DNA from: Candidatus Parcubacteria bacterium
Lineage (GTDB): Bacteria; Patescibacteriota; Minisyncoccia; UBA6257; 2-01-FULL-56-20
Direction: 5' to 3'
Length of the DNA stretch: 50,246 nucleotides
Assembly (NCBI GenBank): GCA_041169145.1
Contig: JBEEJO010000002.1
Coordinates: 1-50,246, forward strand
Below are positions 16,994 to 26,612 of the stretch, piece by piece (position 1 is the first letter of the stretch; every line of letters starts with the position of its first letter). Made by a program: the position numbers and the translations under genes. The notes under the pieces are model-generated. The model was not told where the DNA came from, did not search any database, and saw only the letters and a program-made list of their open reading frames with translations.

Positions 16994-17027
16994 CGGCGGT
17001 AGTATAGCAAAGCTGCCGTATGTGAAC
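16950..17027 (-). repeat. Copy A of a duplicated promoter plus 5' coding module (the native thyX 5' end)
   Basis: It shares identical blocks with 18887-18964: GCGAAGTCGGG, CATCG, CGGTAGTATAGCA, AAGCT and GTGAAC, as read on the plus strand. Confidence 0.6.
17001..17006 (-). promoter_or_regulatory. -10 box (TGcTATACT, extended -10) 7 nt upstream of the thyX ATG
   Basis: The minus strand reads TTTGCTATACTACCGCCGATG. No Shine-Dalgarno sequence is present, which is consistent with a leaderless transcript. Confidence 0.4.
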
Positions 17028-17128
17028 CTTCGTATCCTCGGTATGTTGTGGATAACTAGAAATTGTCCGGGCCCCTGCTTGCGGCAGAGGCCCTTGTCGA
17101 AGATGTAGCAGTTGAATCGCGGAATGAC

Positions 17129-18688
17129 TCACTTCCGGTCTGATCGGAACGATGCCTTGATCTTCTCGTGTCCCGACAGACCTTCCGTGGAGACCACGAA
17201 CTCCTCGGAACACCCGTTCGCGGGAGCGTCGTATCGAGCGAGGATCTCGGGGCCTTCCTGCAATGCGCGCTTGCGGTCGATCGCGATGAGGTTTTCGTCT
17301 TGGGTCTTCAGAACGACGACCCCGTCGGACTTGGATCTGATCATCCCCACGAGATCGGAGAGGTTCTCGACCTTCTTGCCATCGGCCTCCACGATAAGGT
17401 CTGCCTCGTTGTTCTCGTAGCCCCTGTTGATCTCGGCCCGCAAGACGTTGCACAAAGCGACTGGCTCTTGTCCGTCGGAGCTCGCCGGGTGGTCGAGCAG
17501 ATTCATCAGATGACGCGGTACTTTGCTCGGCCAATCGTCGCCCCATGTCGTCAGGTAGTTCACGGTGAGGGGGCAGAACGTGAGACCGCCGAACGTATAG
17601 TATCGTGGCCGCATTCCGTACAAAGGCCCGCGGACGAGCACGCCCCAGCCGAGCGGGCGGTCCAGGAGAAGCGTTACGCCAAGGGGCTTACCTTCCCGCC
17701 AGACATCGAGCTCAACGCTCTCTCCGACCTGTTTCGTTTGGAGATCGTAGTAGAAGGCGGTCCGTTCGTGAGACCGAAACTCGATCCTGCCGTCGGTTCC
17801 GATCGCATCGCCGCTGATCTTCAGAATGACGTCGCCGGGTCGAAGAACGCGCGCCGCAGCCGTTCCGGTTTTGATACTGCGAACGAGGATACCGCCCGAC
17901 TCGCTCGCCGGAAGACCATACATGCGACGCAGCTCGGCCGCCTCGAAGCGTTGCCATGTGAAAGCGGCTTGAGGTACACCATCCAAACGTCCGTCCTGAA
18001 CATCGGCCAGAAACTGCTTGATCACTTGAACCGGAACCATCTCGCCGGTCTTGCGGAGGCCCCCGGTGACCTGCATCGCCACGCCGGCCACTTTTCCATT
18101 GGCGATCACCGGACCACCGCTGTTCCCGAGGTCGATCGTGCTACCGATCTGTCCGATCAGAAGGAAAGTGTTCGCGTGCTGATACCGTTCGTGTTCGAGC
18201 CGCGATAGGACACCTCGCGTAATGCTCAGCGCCTCGCCTCCTGTCGGATAGCCGAGCACAGCAACCTCATCTTGAAGTTCAGGGACATCGCCGATCACCA
18301 GCGGTTCCACCGAATCGAAAAACCCGGGCTCATCCACGGTGAGAAGTGCAAGGTCCGTCTCGTTGGAAACGAACAGCGTCCTGGCCTGAACACGCTCTGA
18401 GGATCCGTACTTTTGCGCCAGGATGTACGTGGCGTTGGCCACCATGTGGGCGCTCGTTAGGATCCGGTTTCCGGATATGACGAACGCCGAGCCACTACCC
18501 GCGCTCCTGTTACCCGACCCCCAAGGCGTGTTGTAATCCGAAAGGAGCTCGGCCATGTGGATCTTGACGATCGCCTCTCGGGGATCCGCCACGTTCACCG
18601 TCTTGGACTTGTCCTGTGCGACGCTCACCGAGGGCGCGAGGCCTGCGGCAAGAACTGCGTTCACAACGAGAATCAGGTGCAGGCGCAT
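17129..18688 (-). CDS. Secreted trypsin-like serine protease of the HtrA/DegP (S1C) type with a PDZ-like region
   Basis: 519 aa. The signal peptide is MRLHLILVVNAVLAAGLAPSVSVA. The catalytic triad contexts are TSAHMV (His), TDLALL (Asp) and GNSGGPV (Ser). A PDZ-like segment reads GILVRSIKTGTAAARVLRPGDVILKISG. Confidence 0.85.
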   Translation of the reverse strand: MRLHLILVVNAVLAAGLAPSVSVAQDKSKTVNVADPREAIVKIHMAELLSDYNTPWGSGNRSAGSGSAFVISGNRILTSAHMVANATYILAQKYGSSERVQARTLFVSNETDLALLTVDEPGFFDSVEPLVIGDVPELQDEVAVLGYPTGGEALSITRGVLSRLEHERYQHANTFLLIGQIGSTIDLGNSGGPVIANGKVAGVAMQVTGGLRKTGEMVPVQVIKQFLADVQDGRLDGVPQAAFTWQRFEAAELRRMYGLPASESGGILVRSIKTGTAAARVLRPGDVILKISGDAIGTDGRIEFRSHERTAFYYDLQTKQVGESVELDVWREGKPLGVTLLLDRPLGWGVLVRGPLYGMRPRYYTFGGLTFCPLTVNYLTTWGDDWPSKVPRHLMNLLDHPASSDGQEPVALCNVLRAEINRGYENNEADLIVEADGKKVENLSDLVGMIRSKSDGVVVLKTQDENLIAIDRKRALQEGPEILARYDAPANGCSEEFVVSTEGLSGHEKIKASFRSDRK

Positions 18689-18703
18689 GGCGCCCCCTTC
18701 TGG

Positions 18704-18928
18704 TTAATCGCAGAAAACTTCTGCTACTTTTTTTGGTTGAAAGGCTCGTTGAACAACGGCTCCCTGCGGTTCCAAGTGAAACGGCTTACTACTTCTTGTT
18801 GTACTGCCGTTCGTGAAAGCCGTCAACCGACGAGATAAGATCTCCGACAGAGAATCCTCACCATACCGGTCGTGACCGGTCGGTTTGTGCGGTGCGAAGT
18901 CGGGGCGGTAATCTTCATGGTTTTCCAT
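18704..18928 (-). CDS. Small ORF (74 aa) whose 5' end is a diverged copy of the thyX 5' end; possibly a gene fragment or upstream ORF of the protease gene
   Basis: The product MENHEDYRPDFAPHKPTGHDRY aligns with the ThyX N-terminus MLESTDPYKPDFAPNAWTERDRY. The same TGCTATACT box lies 7 nt upstream of its ATG. The rest of the ORF has no recognisable features. Confidence 0.3.
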   Translation of the reverse strand: MENHEDYRPDFAPHKPTGHDRYGEDSLSEILSRRLTAFTNGSTTRSSKPFHLEPQGAVVQRAFQPKKVAEVFCD

Positions 18929-18964
18929 CGCCGGTAGTATAGCAGAAAGCTTGACGGAGTGAAC
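18887..18964 (-). repeat. Copy B of the duplicated thyX promoter plus 5' coding module
   Basis: See copy A (16950-17027). The -10 box is at 18936-18941 and the ATG is at 18926-18928. Confidence 0.6.
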
Positions 18965-19022
18965 ACGGTTCGGATAGGATGCTCGGCAGCGCGGCCGAAC
19001 GGCCGCTTTGAGGAGGATTTCT

Positions 19023-19514
19023 ATGAACATTGATGTCGCCATCGGCTGGTTCAACTTCGGCGTGTTCCTGGTGTACGCGTTCATCCTCGATGCTGTCGTC
19101 GTAGGGATCCTGGCGCTCTTCTCGAAGGGGTGGAGTTACCGGAACGCGGTCCTGAACTGCTGGCTCATCACATTGGGCGGCGGGCTGGCCGTGACGCTCT
19201 CCATCCTGACGTTCAAGTGGTGGAGTCGCGTTTCGACGTGGTTGCCGTCCTGGCTGAACGCCTCAGGCATCCCCCTCACGAAGCTCGCTTCGCTTGCCTG
19301 CTTCATCGCCCTCGTAGGGCTACTGGTCTGGCTCGTGAGGGGGCTCGAGGAGACGTATGTGAGCGAGGGGTTCGCTCCCGTCGCTGTGTCAGGAGCTCTG
19401 TTCCTGGGAACCCTGTGGGCTTACGGCTTTACGTACGAGAAGCTCGGAATCGCCGTCCCGCTCATGACCCGTCAGATCTTCGCCTGGTTCTCCTGGCTCT
19501 TCACGAACTCCTAA
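19023..19514 (+). CDS. Integral membrane protein, hypothetical
   Basis: The ATG at 19023 is preceded by GAGGAGG at 19010-19016. There are 4-5 hydrophobic helices. A plausible promoter is TTGACG (18950-18955), then 18 nt, then TAGGAT (18974-18979). The track start at 19008 is a TTG inside the ribosome-binding site. Confidence 0.6.
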   Translation: MNIDVAIGWFNFGVFLVYAFILDAVVVGILALFSKGWSYRNAVLNCWLITLGGGLAVTLSILTFKWWSRVSTWLPSWLNASGIPLTKLASLACFIALVGLLVWLVRGLEETYVSEGFAPVAVSGALFLGTLWAYGFTYEKLGIAVPLMTRQIFAWFSWLFTNS

Positions 19515-19540
19515 GCCAGAAACGGGCGGCAAGTGACCCG

Positions 19541-19577
19541 GGCCTCACGCGACATCCGCGTGGGGCCTTTCGTATTT
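19541..19577 (+). terminator. Rho-independent terminator of the membrane-protein gene
   Basis: An 11-bp stem, GGCCTCACGCG paired with CGCGTGGGGCC (one G-U pair), has loop ACATC and is followed by TTTCGTATTT. Confidence 0.65.
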
Positions 19578-19591
19578 CTGAAGAACACAAT

Positions 19592-19614
19592 AACCCAGCT
19601 TGCGCTGGGTTTTG
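19592..19614 (-). terminator. Hairpin terminator downstream of groEL; may act in both directions
   Basis: AACCCAGC pairs with GCTGGGTT around a 4-nt loop (GCAA when read on the minus strand). T-rich sequence follows on both strands. Confidence 0.5.
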
Positions 19615-19649
19615 TGGATGGCGCGATTTGCCCTTTGCGCTTTGCTGAT

Positions 19650-21607
<1,958 letters not shown>

Positions 21608-21623
21608 ACTATAAATCGTTGAA

Positions 21624-21650
21624 TTAGCAACCTCGACTGAAGATTGCCAA
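21624..21650 (-). promoter_or_regulatory. CIRCE-like inverted repeat (putative HrcA operator) upstream of groES
   Basis: The minus strand reads TTGGCAATC-N9-GGTTGCTAA, against the CIRCE consensus TTAGCACTC-N9-GAGTGCTAA (7/9 matches in each arm). It sits immediately downstream of the candidate promoter. Confidence 0.5.
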
Positions 21651-21653
21651 TAC

Positions 21654-21683
21654 AATGTACGGCAAGATGCGCCTATGCGTCAA
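21654..21683 (-). promoter_or_regulatory. Candidate sigma-70-type promoter of groESL
   Basis: On the minus strand, TTGACG (21678-21683) is followed by 18 nt and then TACATT (21654-21659). Confidence 0.45.
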
Positions 21684-21810
21684 GGTGCTTCAGGATCCAT
21701 CTCTGGAAAACCGATGTCCGGTTCGCTCCAACAGCAAGCATCTCCCCAGCTGAATCCGACAGCTTCTCCAAAGACGAATTCTTTTACGGATCTTTCCGAG
21801 AAACAAAAAC

Positions 21811-22734
21811 CTACGCCTGGGATTTGTTCAGCTCGTCGTAAATATTCAATACCGCTTTCACCGCGTCTCCCGCCGAGATGTTGTTCTGTTTGTAGAGCAC
21901 ATCCGACACGTCGCCAACCGCCCAAATGCGCGGGTGCGAGGTCTTCTGGGTCTTGTGGTCCACCATGATATCGCCGAGCTTGTCCGTCGTTACCTTATCT
22001 TTCACGAACTCCGAGTTTGGGATGGCGCCAATTTCTACGAAAATGCCCTGGAGGTCCATTCGTTTCGTTTCGTTCGTCCTCCGGTCCAGATATTCCATTC
22101 CGGACACGAACTGTTCACCGAAGATCTTTTGAGGCTCGGCCATTGTGAGCAGTTCGAATTTCGGACTTGCCGTGAGCTTCGCGAGGGTCACTGCATCCCC
22201 TCTCGGCACCTCGCCTCGTTCCAGAAGATATATCTTTGCGGCATAGGGCAAGAGATCGATGCCCGCCTCAAATCCCGCATTCCCGCCGCCAATGACCGCC
22301 ACTACTTTACCTTTGAAGAGCGGTGCGTCGCACGTTGAGCAATAGACGACCCCTTTTCCATCCAGCTCCTTCTCGCCCGGGATGTCGAGCTTCCTGCGCC
22401 GGCTTCCGGACGCGACGAGCAGGTACTTCGTCTGTAATGTTCTTCCGTTTTTCGTCGCGATACCCAATGCGTCCTGAACGTCCTGTACGCCGGTCACCAG
22501 ATCATCGTCAATGATCTCAATGCCCTCCTGCGTTCGAAGATGTTCTTCAAGCATCTTTGCCAGATCGAGCCCTGATACAGATTTTGTACCGATCCAGTTC
22601 TGTATGTCGGTGGAGACCAGCGACTGCCCGCCGAACGAATCAGTGATGAGCAATGTCTGTATCTTTTTCCGCGCGGCATAGATACCAGCAGCAACTCCGC
22701 CAGGACCGCCGCCGATGATGATGAGGTCGTACAT
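21811..22734 (-). CDS. trxB: Thioredoxin-disulfide reductase
   Basis: 307 aa. The FAD site is IIGGGPGGVAAGIYAARKK, the redox-active CxxC is CSTCDAPLF, and the NADPH site is VIGGGNAGFEAG. Confidence 0.9.
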   Translation of the reverse strand: MYDLIIIGGGPGGVAAGIYAARKKIQTLLITDSFGGQSLVSTDIQNWIGTKSVSGLDLAKMLEEHLRTQEGIEIIDDDLVTGVQDVQDALGIATKNGRTLQTKYLLVASGSRRRKLDIPGEKELDGKGVVYCSTCDAPLFKGKVVAVIGGGNAGFEAGIDLLPYAAKIYLLERGEVPRGDAVTLAKLTASPKFELLTMAEPQKIFGEQFVSGMEYLDRRTNETKRMDLQGIFVEIGAIPNSEFVKDKVTTDKLGDIMVDHKTQKTSHPRIWAVGDVSDVLYKQNNISAGDAVKAVLNIYDELNKSQA

Positions 22735-22822
22735 GTTCGTTTTTTTTAGCGTAGGAGCCTAGGGACGAACCGCGATCCAACGACGTCTTGTCTCGCTCAA
22801 ACTTTCTCCTCAAGCTCCGGTC

Positions 22823-23062
22823 CTATTTACCAAGCTTCAGCGCATGCATGATACCCGGCTTATCAAAACCGATAAAAATCTCGCCATCTACATCGATCAC
22901 GGGAACGCCCAGCTGATGCGATTTCTGGATCATCTCTTCGCGCGCCGTTTCATCCTCTATGACGTTCAGCTCCTGATACGCGATATTGTTCTTCGTGAAA
23001 AACTCTTTCGCTATTTTGCAGTAGACGCACGTTGGCGTGGTGTAAATTTTTATGTTTGCCAT
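22823..23062 (-). CDS. Glutaredoxin-like (NrdH/YruB-type) small redox protein
   Basis: 79 aa starting at ATG 23062. It reads MANIKIYTTPTCVYCKIAKEFF...GVPVIDVDGEIFIGFD, with a CxxC motif and a thioredoxin-fold pattern. Confidence 0.8.
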   Translation of the reverse strand: MANIKIYTTPTCVYCKIAKEFFTKNNIAYQELNVIEDETAREEMIQKSHQLGVPVIDVDGEIFIGFDKPGIMHALKLGK

Positions 23063-23098
23063 AGGTGATGATCGATCGAACAATGAATGATCCGACTT

Positions 23099-23263
23099 TT
23101 ATTTTTGTTCACGGCCAAATATCTCCCAGATGCCGAGCAGCGCGATCGCAAGCCCTACAACCACATTACTCCAGAAAAGCACGGTGTGCATACCGCTGCC
23201 GAACATCCATGGCGAGAGAATGACGCACGCGCCAAGACCTACTTGTACCCATTCGATCTTCAT
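23099..23263 (-). CDS. Small membrane protein (54 aa), SPW-repeat-like
   Basis: It is below the 60-aa cutoff of the ORF track. My hand translation is MKIEWVQVGLGACVILSPWMFGSGMHTVLFWSNVVVGLAIALLGIWEIFGREQK, which contains the SPW motif and two hydrophobic helices. Confidence 0.45.
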   Translation of the reverse strand: MKIEWVQVGLGACVILSPWMFGSGMHTVLFWSNVVVGLAIALLGIWEIFGREQK

Positions 23264-23347
23264 GGGGCACATCCGATTCTATCCTGGTGGAGCCTGAAAC
23301 GCAAAATCCCCAATGGGGGATTTTGCTCCTTGAGACGATCTCGGTCT

Positions 23348-23611
23348 CTACCGGCCGAAGCTTGCCGACCGCTGGCGGTGGCAATCCCGGCACAAAAGCT
23401 GCCCAACGCGGCTCGGATCGGGCGCGAACGGCAAGCGATCGATGACCGCATTGCATTTCGAGCACTTCCATCCGCCCTGGCAGCCGTCTGCATCGCCGGC
23501 CTGGTGCCAGACGCGCTCGGGCCGCTGCTGATTTTGATAGTCCATTGCGTAGTAGTACGATTCGCCCTTTATGTCGTCGCGTACTCCGTCGGGCGAAGCG
23601 TATGTGCTCAA
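23348..23611 (-). CDS. Zinc-ribbon protein related to the CxxC-x17-CxxC family; start uncertain
   Basis: The C-terminal half reads WKCSKCNAVIDRLPFAPDPSRVGQLLCRDCH, that is CxxC, about 20 aa, then CxxC, with the PF.P....V.C..C pattern. The track start is a TTG codon and an internal ATG start is possible. Confidence 0.5.
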   Translation of the reverse strand: MSTYASPDGVRDDIKGESYYYAMDYQNQQRPERVWHQAGDADGCQGGWKCSKCNAVIDRLPFAPDPSRVGQLLCRDCHRQRSASFGR

Positions 23612-23643
23612 AACCCCGATACGTACGGAACCCTGGTAGCCTA

Positions 23644-24405
23644 TTATTTTGCGAGTGCGGCGTCAATGGCCGTCTTGAACGTATCGATTGGCTGAGCGCC
23701 CTGGATCAGTTGGCCATCCACCAGTGATGACGGCGTCGCGGTCACTCCGCCGCCTTGAGCCGCCTTTACCACGGCTTGTACCACATCGGCATACTTGTTC
23801 GCATCGTAGCATTCGCCGAGTTTCGTGGCATCCATGCCGACCTGGCCGGCAAGCTTCACAAAAAGATCGCGGTTCAGGTTTCCATTATGCTCTTGCCCAT
23901 CTTTCGACTCCGCGGCATAGAGCGCGTCATGGAAGACCCAGTACTTGCCTTGGTCCTTTGCGCATTCCGCCGCCTCCGCAGCCTCAACCGACTCCGGACC
24001 GAGGAAAGCCAGATCGCGAAAGATGAACTTCGCTTTCCCGGTCTTTACGTACTGCTCCACGATCTGCGGCTCTGTTTGCTCGAAGAACCGCACACAGAAC
24101 GGACACTGATAGTCGCCGTATTCAATAACAGTGACCGGCGCTTTCGGATCGCCGAGGATAACATCCCGTTCCTGGATCGCCATGAGGGCGTCATTACTCA
24201 CGGGCGCCGGCTGACCCCCTACTGGAGGGTTCCCTCCGCTCGGCACTTCCGCTTGCTTTGCGAAACCTCCGCGATTCATCGCATAGAGGATCGACCCCGA
24301 GATCATAACGCCGGCGATGAGAATGCTCACCGGCAAAAAATTCGCGTTGCCCATGTTGCTCTCCGACCCTCCGTTCGTATGATGCTCTTTGTGTTCGTGT
24401 TCCAT
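23644..24405 (-). CDS. DsbA-family thiol:disulfide oxidoreductase, membrane-anchored
   Basis: 253 aa starting at ATG 24405. It has a transmembrane anchor (FLPVSILIAGVMISGSILYAM) and a thioredoxin fold with YGDYQCPFCVRFF. A -10-like TAGAAT box lies 7 nt upstream of the ATG. Confidence 0.8.
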   Translation of the reverse strand: MEHEHKEHHTNGGSESNMGNANFLPVSILIAGVMISGSILYAMNRGGFAKQAEVPSGGNPPVGGQPAPVSNDALMAIQERDVILGDPKAPVTVIEYGDYQCPFCVRFFEQTEPQIVEQYVKTGKAKFIFRDLAFLGPESVEAAEAAECAKDQGKYWVFHDALYAAESKDGQEHNGNLNRDLFVKLAGQVGMDATKLGECYDANKYADVVQAVVKAAQGGGVTATPSSLVDGQLIQGAQPIDTFKTAIDAALAK

Positions 24406-24412
24406 GCTGGCA

Positions 24413-24418
24413 ATTCTA
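24413..24418 (-). promoter_or_regulatory. -10 box (TGgTAGAAT) 7 nt upstream of the DsbA-like ATG
   Basis: The minus strand reads TGGTAGAATTGCCAGCATG, with no Shine-Dalgarno sequence. Confidence 0.35.
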
Positions 24419-24508
24419 CCATCCCACCTGCCGCCAGTGTCAATACAGCGCAATCCACATGCTTCGTTCAGGTCCGAGAAACGTTTCGCGCAACGCGTAC
24501 AAGTGCGA

Positions 24509-24514
24509 TACAAT
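24509..24514 (+). promoter_or_regulatory. -10 box (TACAAT) 8 nt upstream of the DedA ATG
   Basis: The plus strand reads GATACAATATACAAACATG, with no Shine-Dalgarno sequence. Confidence 0.35.
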
Positions 24515-24522
24515 ATACAAAC

Positions 24523-25116
24523 ATGATCTCCGAGACGATCTTTTCGTGGATCTCTGCGTACCGGTACGCGATCCTTTTCCCCTTAGCGCTTGTGGAAGGT
24601 CCCGTCATTATGACCGTTTCGGGGGTGCTCTTGAAGCTCGGATATTTCACGTTCTGGCCGCTCTACTGCATCCTCATGGCCGGCGACCTTGCCGCCGATA
24701 TCCTTTGGTACGCCGTCGGCTATTATGGCGGGCAACCGCTCGTGCGCCGGTATGGCAAATTTTTCAGCCTGTCCGACGACCTACTCGCCAAGACGGAAAC
24801 GGCATTTCATCGTCACCAGAACAAGATCCTCATCATTTCCAAGATCACGATGGGGCTCGGCTTCGCCTTGGTCATTCTTATTACCGCCGGCATCATGCGT
24901 ATCCCGTTCAAAAAATATGTTGCCTTCAACGCGCTCGGCCAGACCGTCTGGACGGCGCTTCTTATCAGTGTCGGCTATTTTTTCGGCTCGGTCGTTATTC
25001 TGGTGAACGAAGGATTGCGGCTTGCAACGGGTGCCGCATTCGCCGTTCTTGTTGCGGCGCTCCTGTACGGTATAAATCGTTATCTGCGCACGCGCGACCT
25101 GCAAAACCGGCTTTAA
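24523..25116 (+). CDS. DedA family membrane protein
   Basis: 197 aa. It reads YAILFPLALVEGPVIMTVSGVLLKLGY...GDLAADILWYAVGYYGG..LVRRYGKFF, which is typical of the DedA/SNARE-associated family. Only the C-terminal part of track ORF 23755-25116 is real. Confidence 0.85.
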   Translation: MISETIFSWISAYRYAILFPLALVEGPVIMTVSGVLLKLGYFTFWPLYCILMAGDLAADILWYAVGYYGGQPLVRRYGKFFSLSDDLLAKTETAFHRHQNKILIISKITMGLGFALVILITAGIMRIPFKKYVAFNALGQTVWTALLISVGYFFGSVVILVNEGLRLATGAAFAVLVAALLYGINRYLRTRDLQNRL

Positions 25117-25121
25117 CACCC

Positions 25122-25844
25122 ATGCTTTCCATCATCATTCCGACTCGGAACGAGGAGAAGATCATCGGAGATATCCTCCGAAAGCTTCGCGATGGCATTA
25201 CGGAGCATGACTACGAGATCATCGTGTCGGATGGCGGTTCTACGGACCGGACCGTGGAGATCGCGAAACAGTTCGCTACGGTACTGGAATATCACGGAAC
25301 CGAACGGAGGACTATCGCCTGGGGAAAGAACGAAGGCGCGCGCCACGCGAACGGCGACATGCTTCTTTTCATTGACGCCGACGTCGAGATGCCGCATGCG
25401 AACGACGTATTGCGGAGGGCGTTCGCCCTTTTTACGGCGGATCCGATGCTTGTGGGCCTCACCGCGAACCTGCGCGTACTTCCTCAGCTGGAGACCTTCG
25501 CCGACCGGTTCTTTTTCGGCATGGTGAACGTTGACCACTGGCTGAACAATAACGTCATGCATTCCGGCAGCGCGTCCGGCGAATTTCAGATGATACCGAA
25601 AAAAGCGTTCGAGCAGGCCCACGGATACAAGGCCTATCTCGCGGTTGCCGAAGATAATGATATGTTCCGCCGACTTGCGAAGATCGGCCACACCCGCATC
25701 GCACGCTCCATCACCGTTTACCATACCGGCCGCCGGGCACATGAGGTCGGCTGGCCGCGGCTCCTCAGGGAGTGGCTCGTGAATTATATAAGCGTCCGGT
25801 TCTTTGACCGCTCGCATCATCAGGAGTGGTACGAAGTCCGATAA
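25122..25844 (+). CDS. Glycosyltransferase family 2
   Basis: 240 aa. It contains MLSIIIPTRNEE...YEIIVSDGGSTDRT...LLFIDADV (GT-A fold, DxD). This is the in-frame C-terminal portion of track ORF 24459-25844. Confidence 0.85.
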   Translation: MLSIIIPTRNEEKIIGDILRKLRDGITEHDYEIIVSDGGSTDRTVEIAKQFATVLEYHGTERRTIAWGKNEGARHANGDMLLFIDADVEMPHANDVLRRAFALFTADPMLVGLTANLRVLPQLETFADRFFFGMVNVDHWLNNNVMHSGSASGEFQMIPKKAFEQAHGYKAYLAVAEDNDMFRRLAKIGHTRIARSITVYHTGRRAHEVGWPRLLREWLVNYISVRFFDRSHHQEWYEVR

Positions 25845-25852
25845 TCGCCGCC

Positions 25853-26605
25853 ATGAAACTCTCCTTCGTCATCCCCGCGCATAACGAAGAGTTCACGCTG
25901 GGCACATGCCTGGATTCCATCATGCGGGAGCTTGCATCTGCCGCTCATCACTACGACGTAGAGATTATCGTGGTGAATAACGCCTCCGGAGACCGCACTC
26001 GAGCTGTTGCCCTACGGTACCCGGGCGTAAAGGTTGTGGATGAACCGCAAAAGGGCATTGTCAAAGCGCGCGCACGGGGATTTCAAGAAGCAACAGGTGA
26101 TATTGTGGCGAATATCGACGCCGACACCTTCCTTCCTCCCGGCTGGCTCGCGCGCGTCTTCGGAGAATTCGAGCGCGATGCGAATCTCGTATGCCTTACC
26201 GGACCGCTTACGTACTATGACCTCTCCCCGCTTCAACAATCCCTCGTGCGGATGTTCTGCTGGTTCGGTTTTTTCTTTCACGTCATCTTCCGCTTCCTCC
26301 GTATCGGCGCATGGGTGCAGGGCGGAAATTTCGTCTTGCGCCGAGACGCGTGGATCCGCGCCGGCGGGTTCGATACCAGTATTGATTTTTATGGCGAGGA
26401 CACCGATGTTGCTCGGCGCATCGTGCGGCAGGGCAAGGTAAAGTTCATGTTCCGTTTTCCCATCTATTCTTCGGGCCGGCGCCTCGCGCACGAAGGGGTG
26501 CTTGCCATCGGATGGCGATATACCATAAATTACTTCTGGGTGCTCCTCTTCGGGAAGCCCCACACGACGGTCTCGCGGGATGTCCGGAGATCGCCAGGAA
26601 TCTGA
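25853..26605 (+). CDS. Glycosyltransferase family 2
   Basis: It contains MKLSFVIPAHNEE...VEIIVVNNASGDRT...VANIDADT. I chose the start at ATG 25853. Confidence 0.85.
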   Translation: MKLSFVIPAHNEEFTLGTCLDSIMRELASAAHHYDVEIIVVNNASGDRTRAVALRYPGVKVVDEPQKGIVKARARGFQEATGDIVANIDADTFLPPGWLARVFGEFERDANLVCLTGPLTYYDLSPLQQSLVRMFCWFGFFFHVIFRFLRIGAWVQGGNFVLRRDAWIRAGGFDTSIDFYGEDTDVARRIVRQGKVKFMFRFPIYSSGRRLAHEGVLAIGWRYTINYFWVLLFGKPHTTVSRDVRRSPGI

Positions 26606-26612
26606 GAAAGCC

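Noticed and set aside
17168-18208. A 346-aa plus-strand ORF antisense to the HtrA-like protease gene
   Set aside because: The minus-strand frame has a signal peptide and a complete Ser-protease triad. The plus-strand frame has no recognisable features.
23087-23695. A 202-aa plus-strand ORF in the grx-dsbA interval
   Set aside because: It has no motifs. The minus strand here encodes a plausible SPW-motif membrane peptide and a zinc-ribbon protein that are co-directional with the flanking redox genes.
23755-24522. The N-terminal 256 aa of track ORF 23755-25116
   Set aside because: This part is antisense to the DsbA-like gene. Only the portion from ATG 24523 onward resembles DedA proteins.
24459-25121. 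The N-terminal 221 aa of the 461-aa track ORF 24459-25844
   Set aside because: It is an out-of-frame read-through of the dedA gene (Arg/Pro-rich). The GT2 domain starts at the ATG at 25122.
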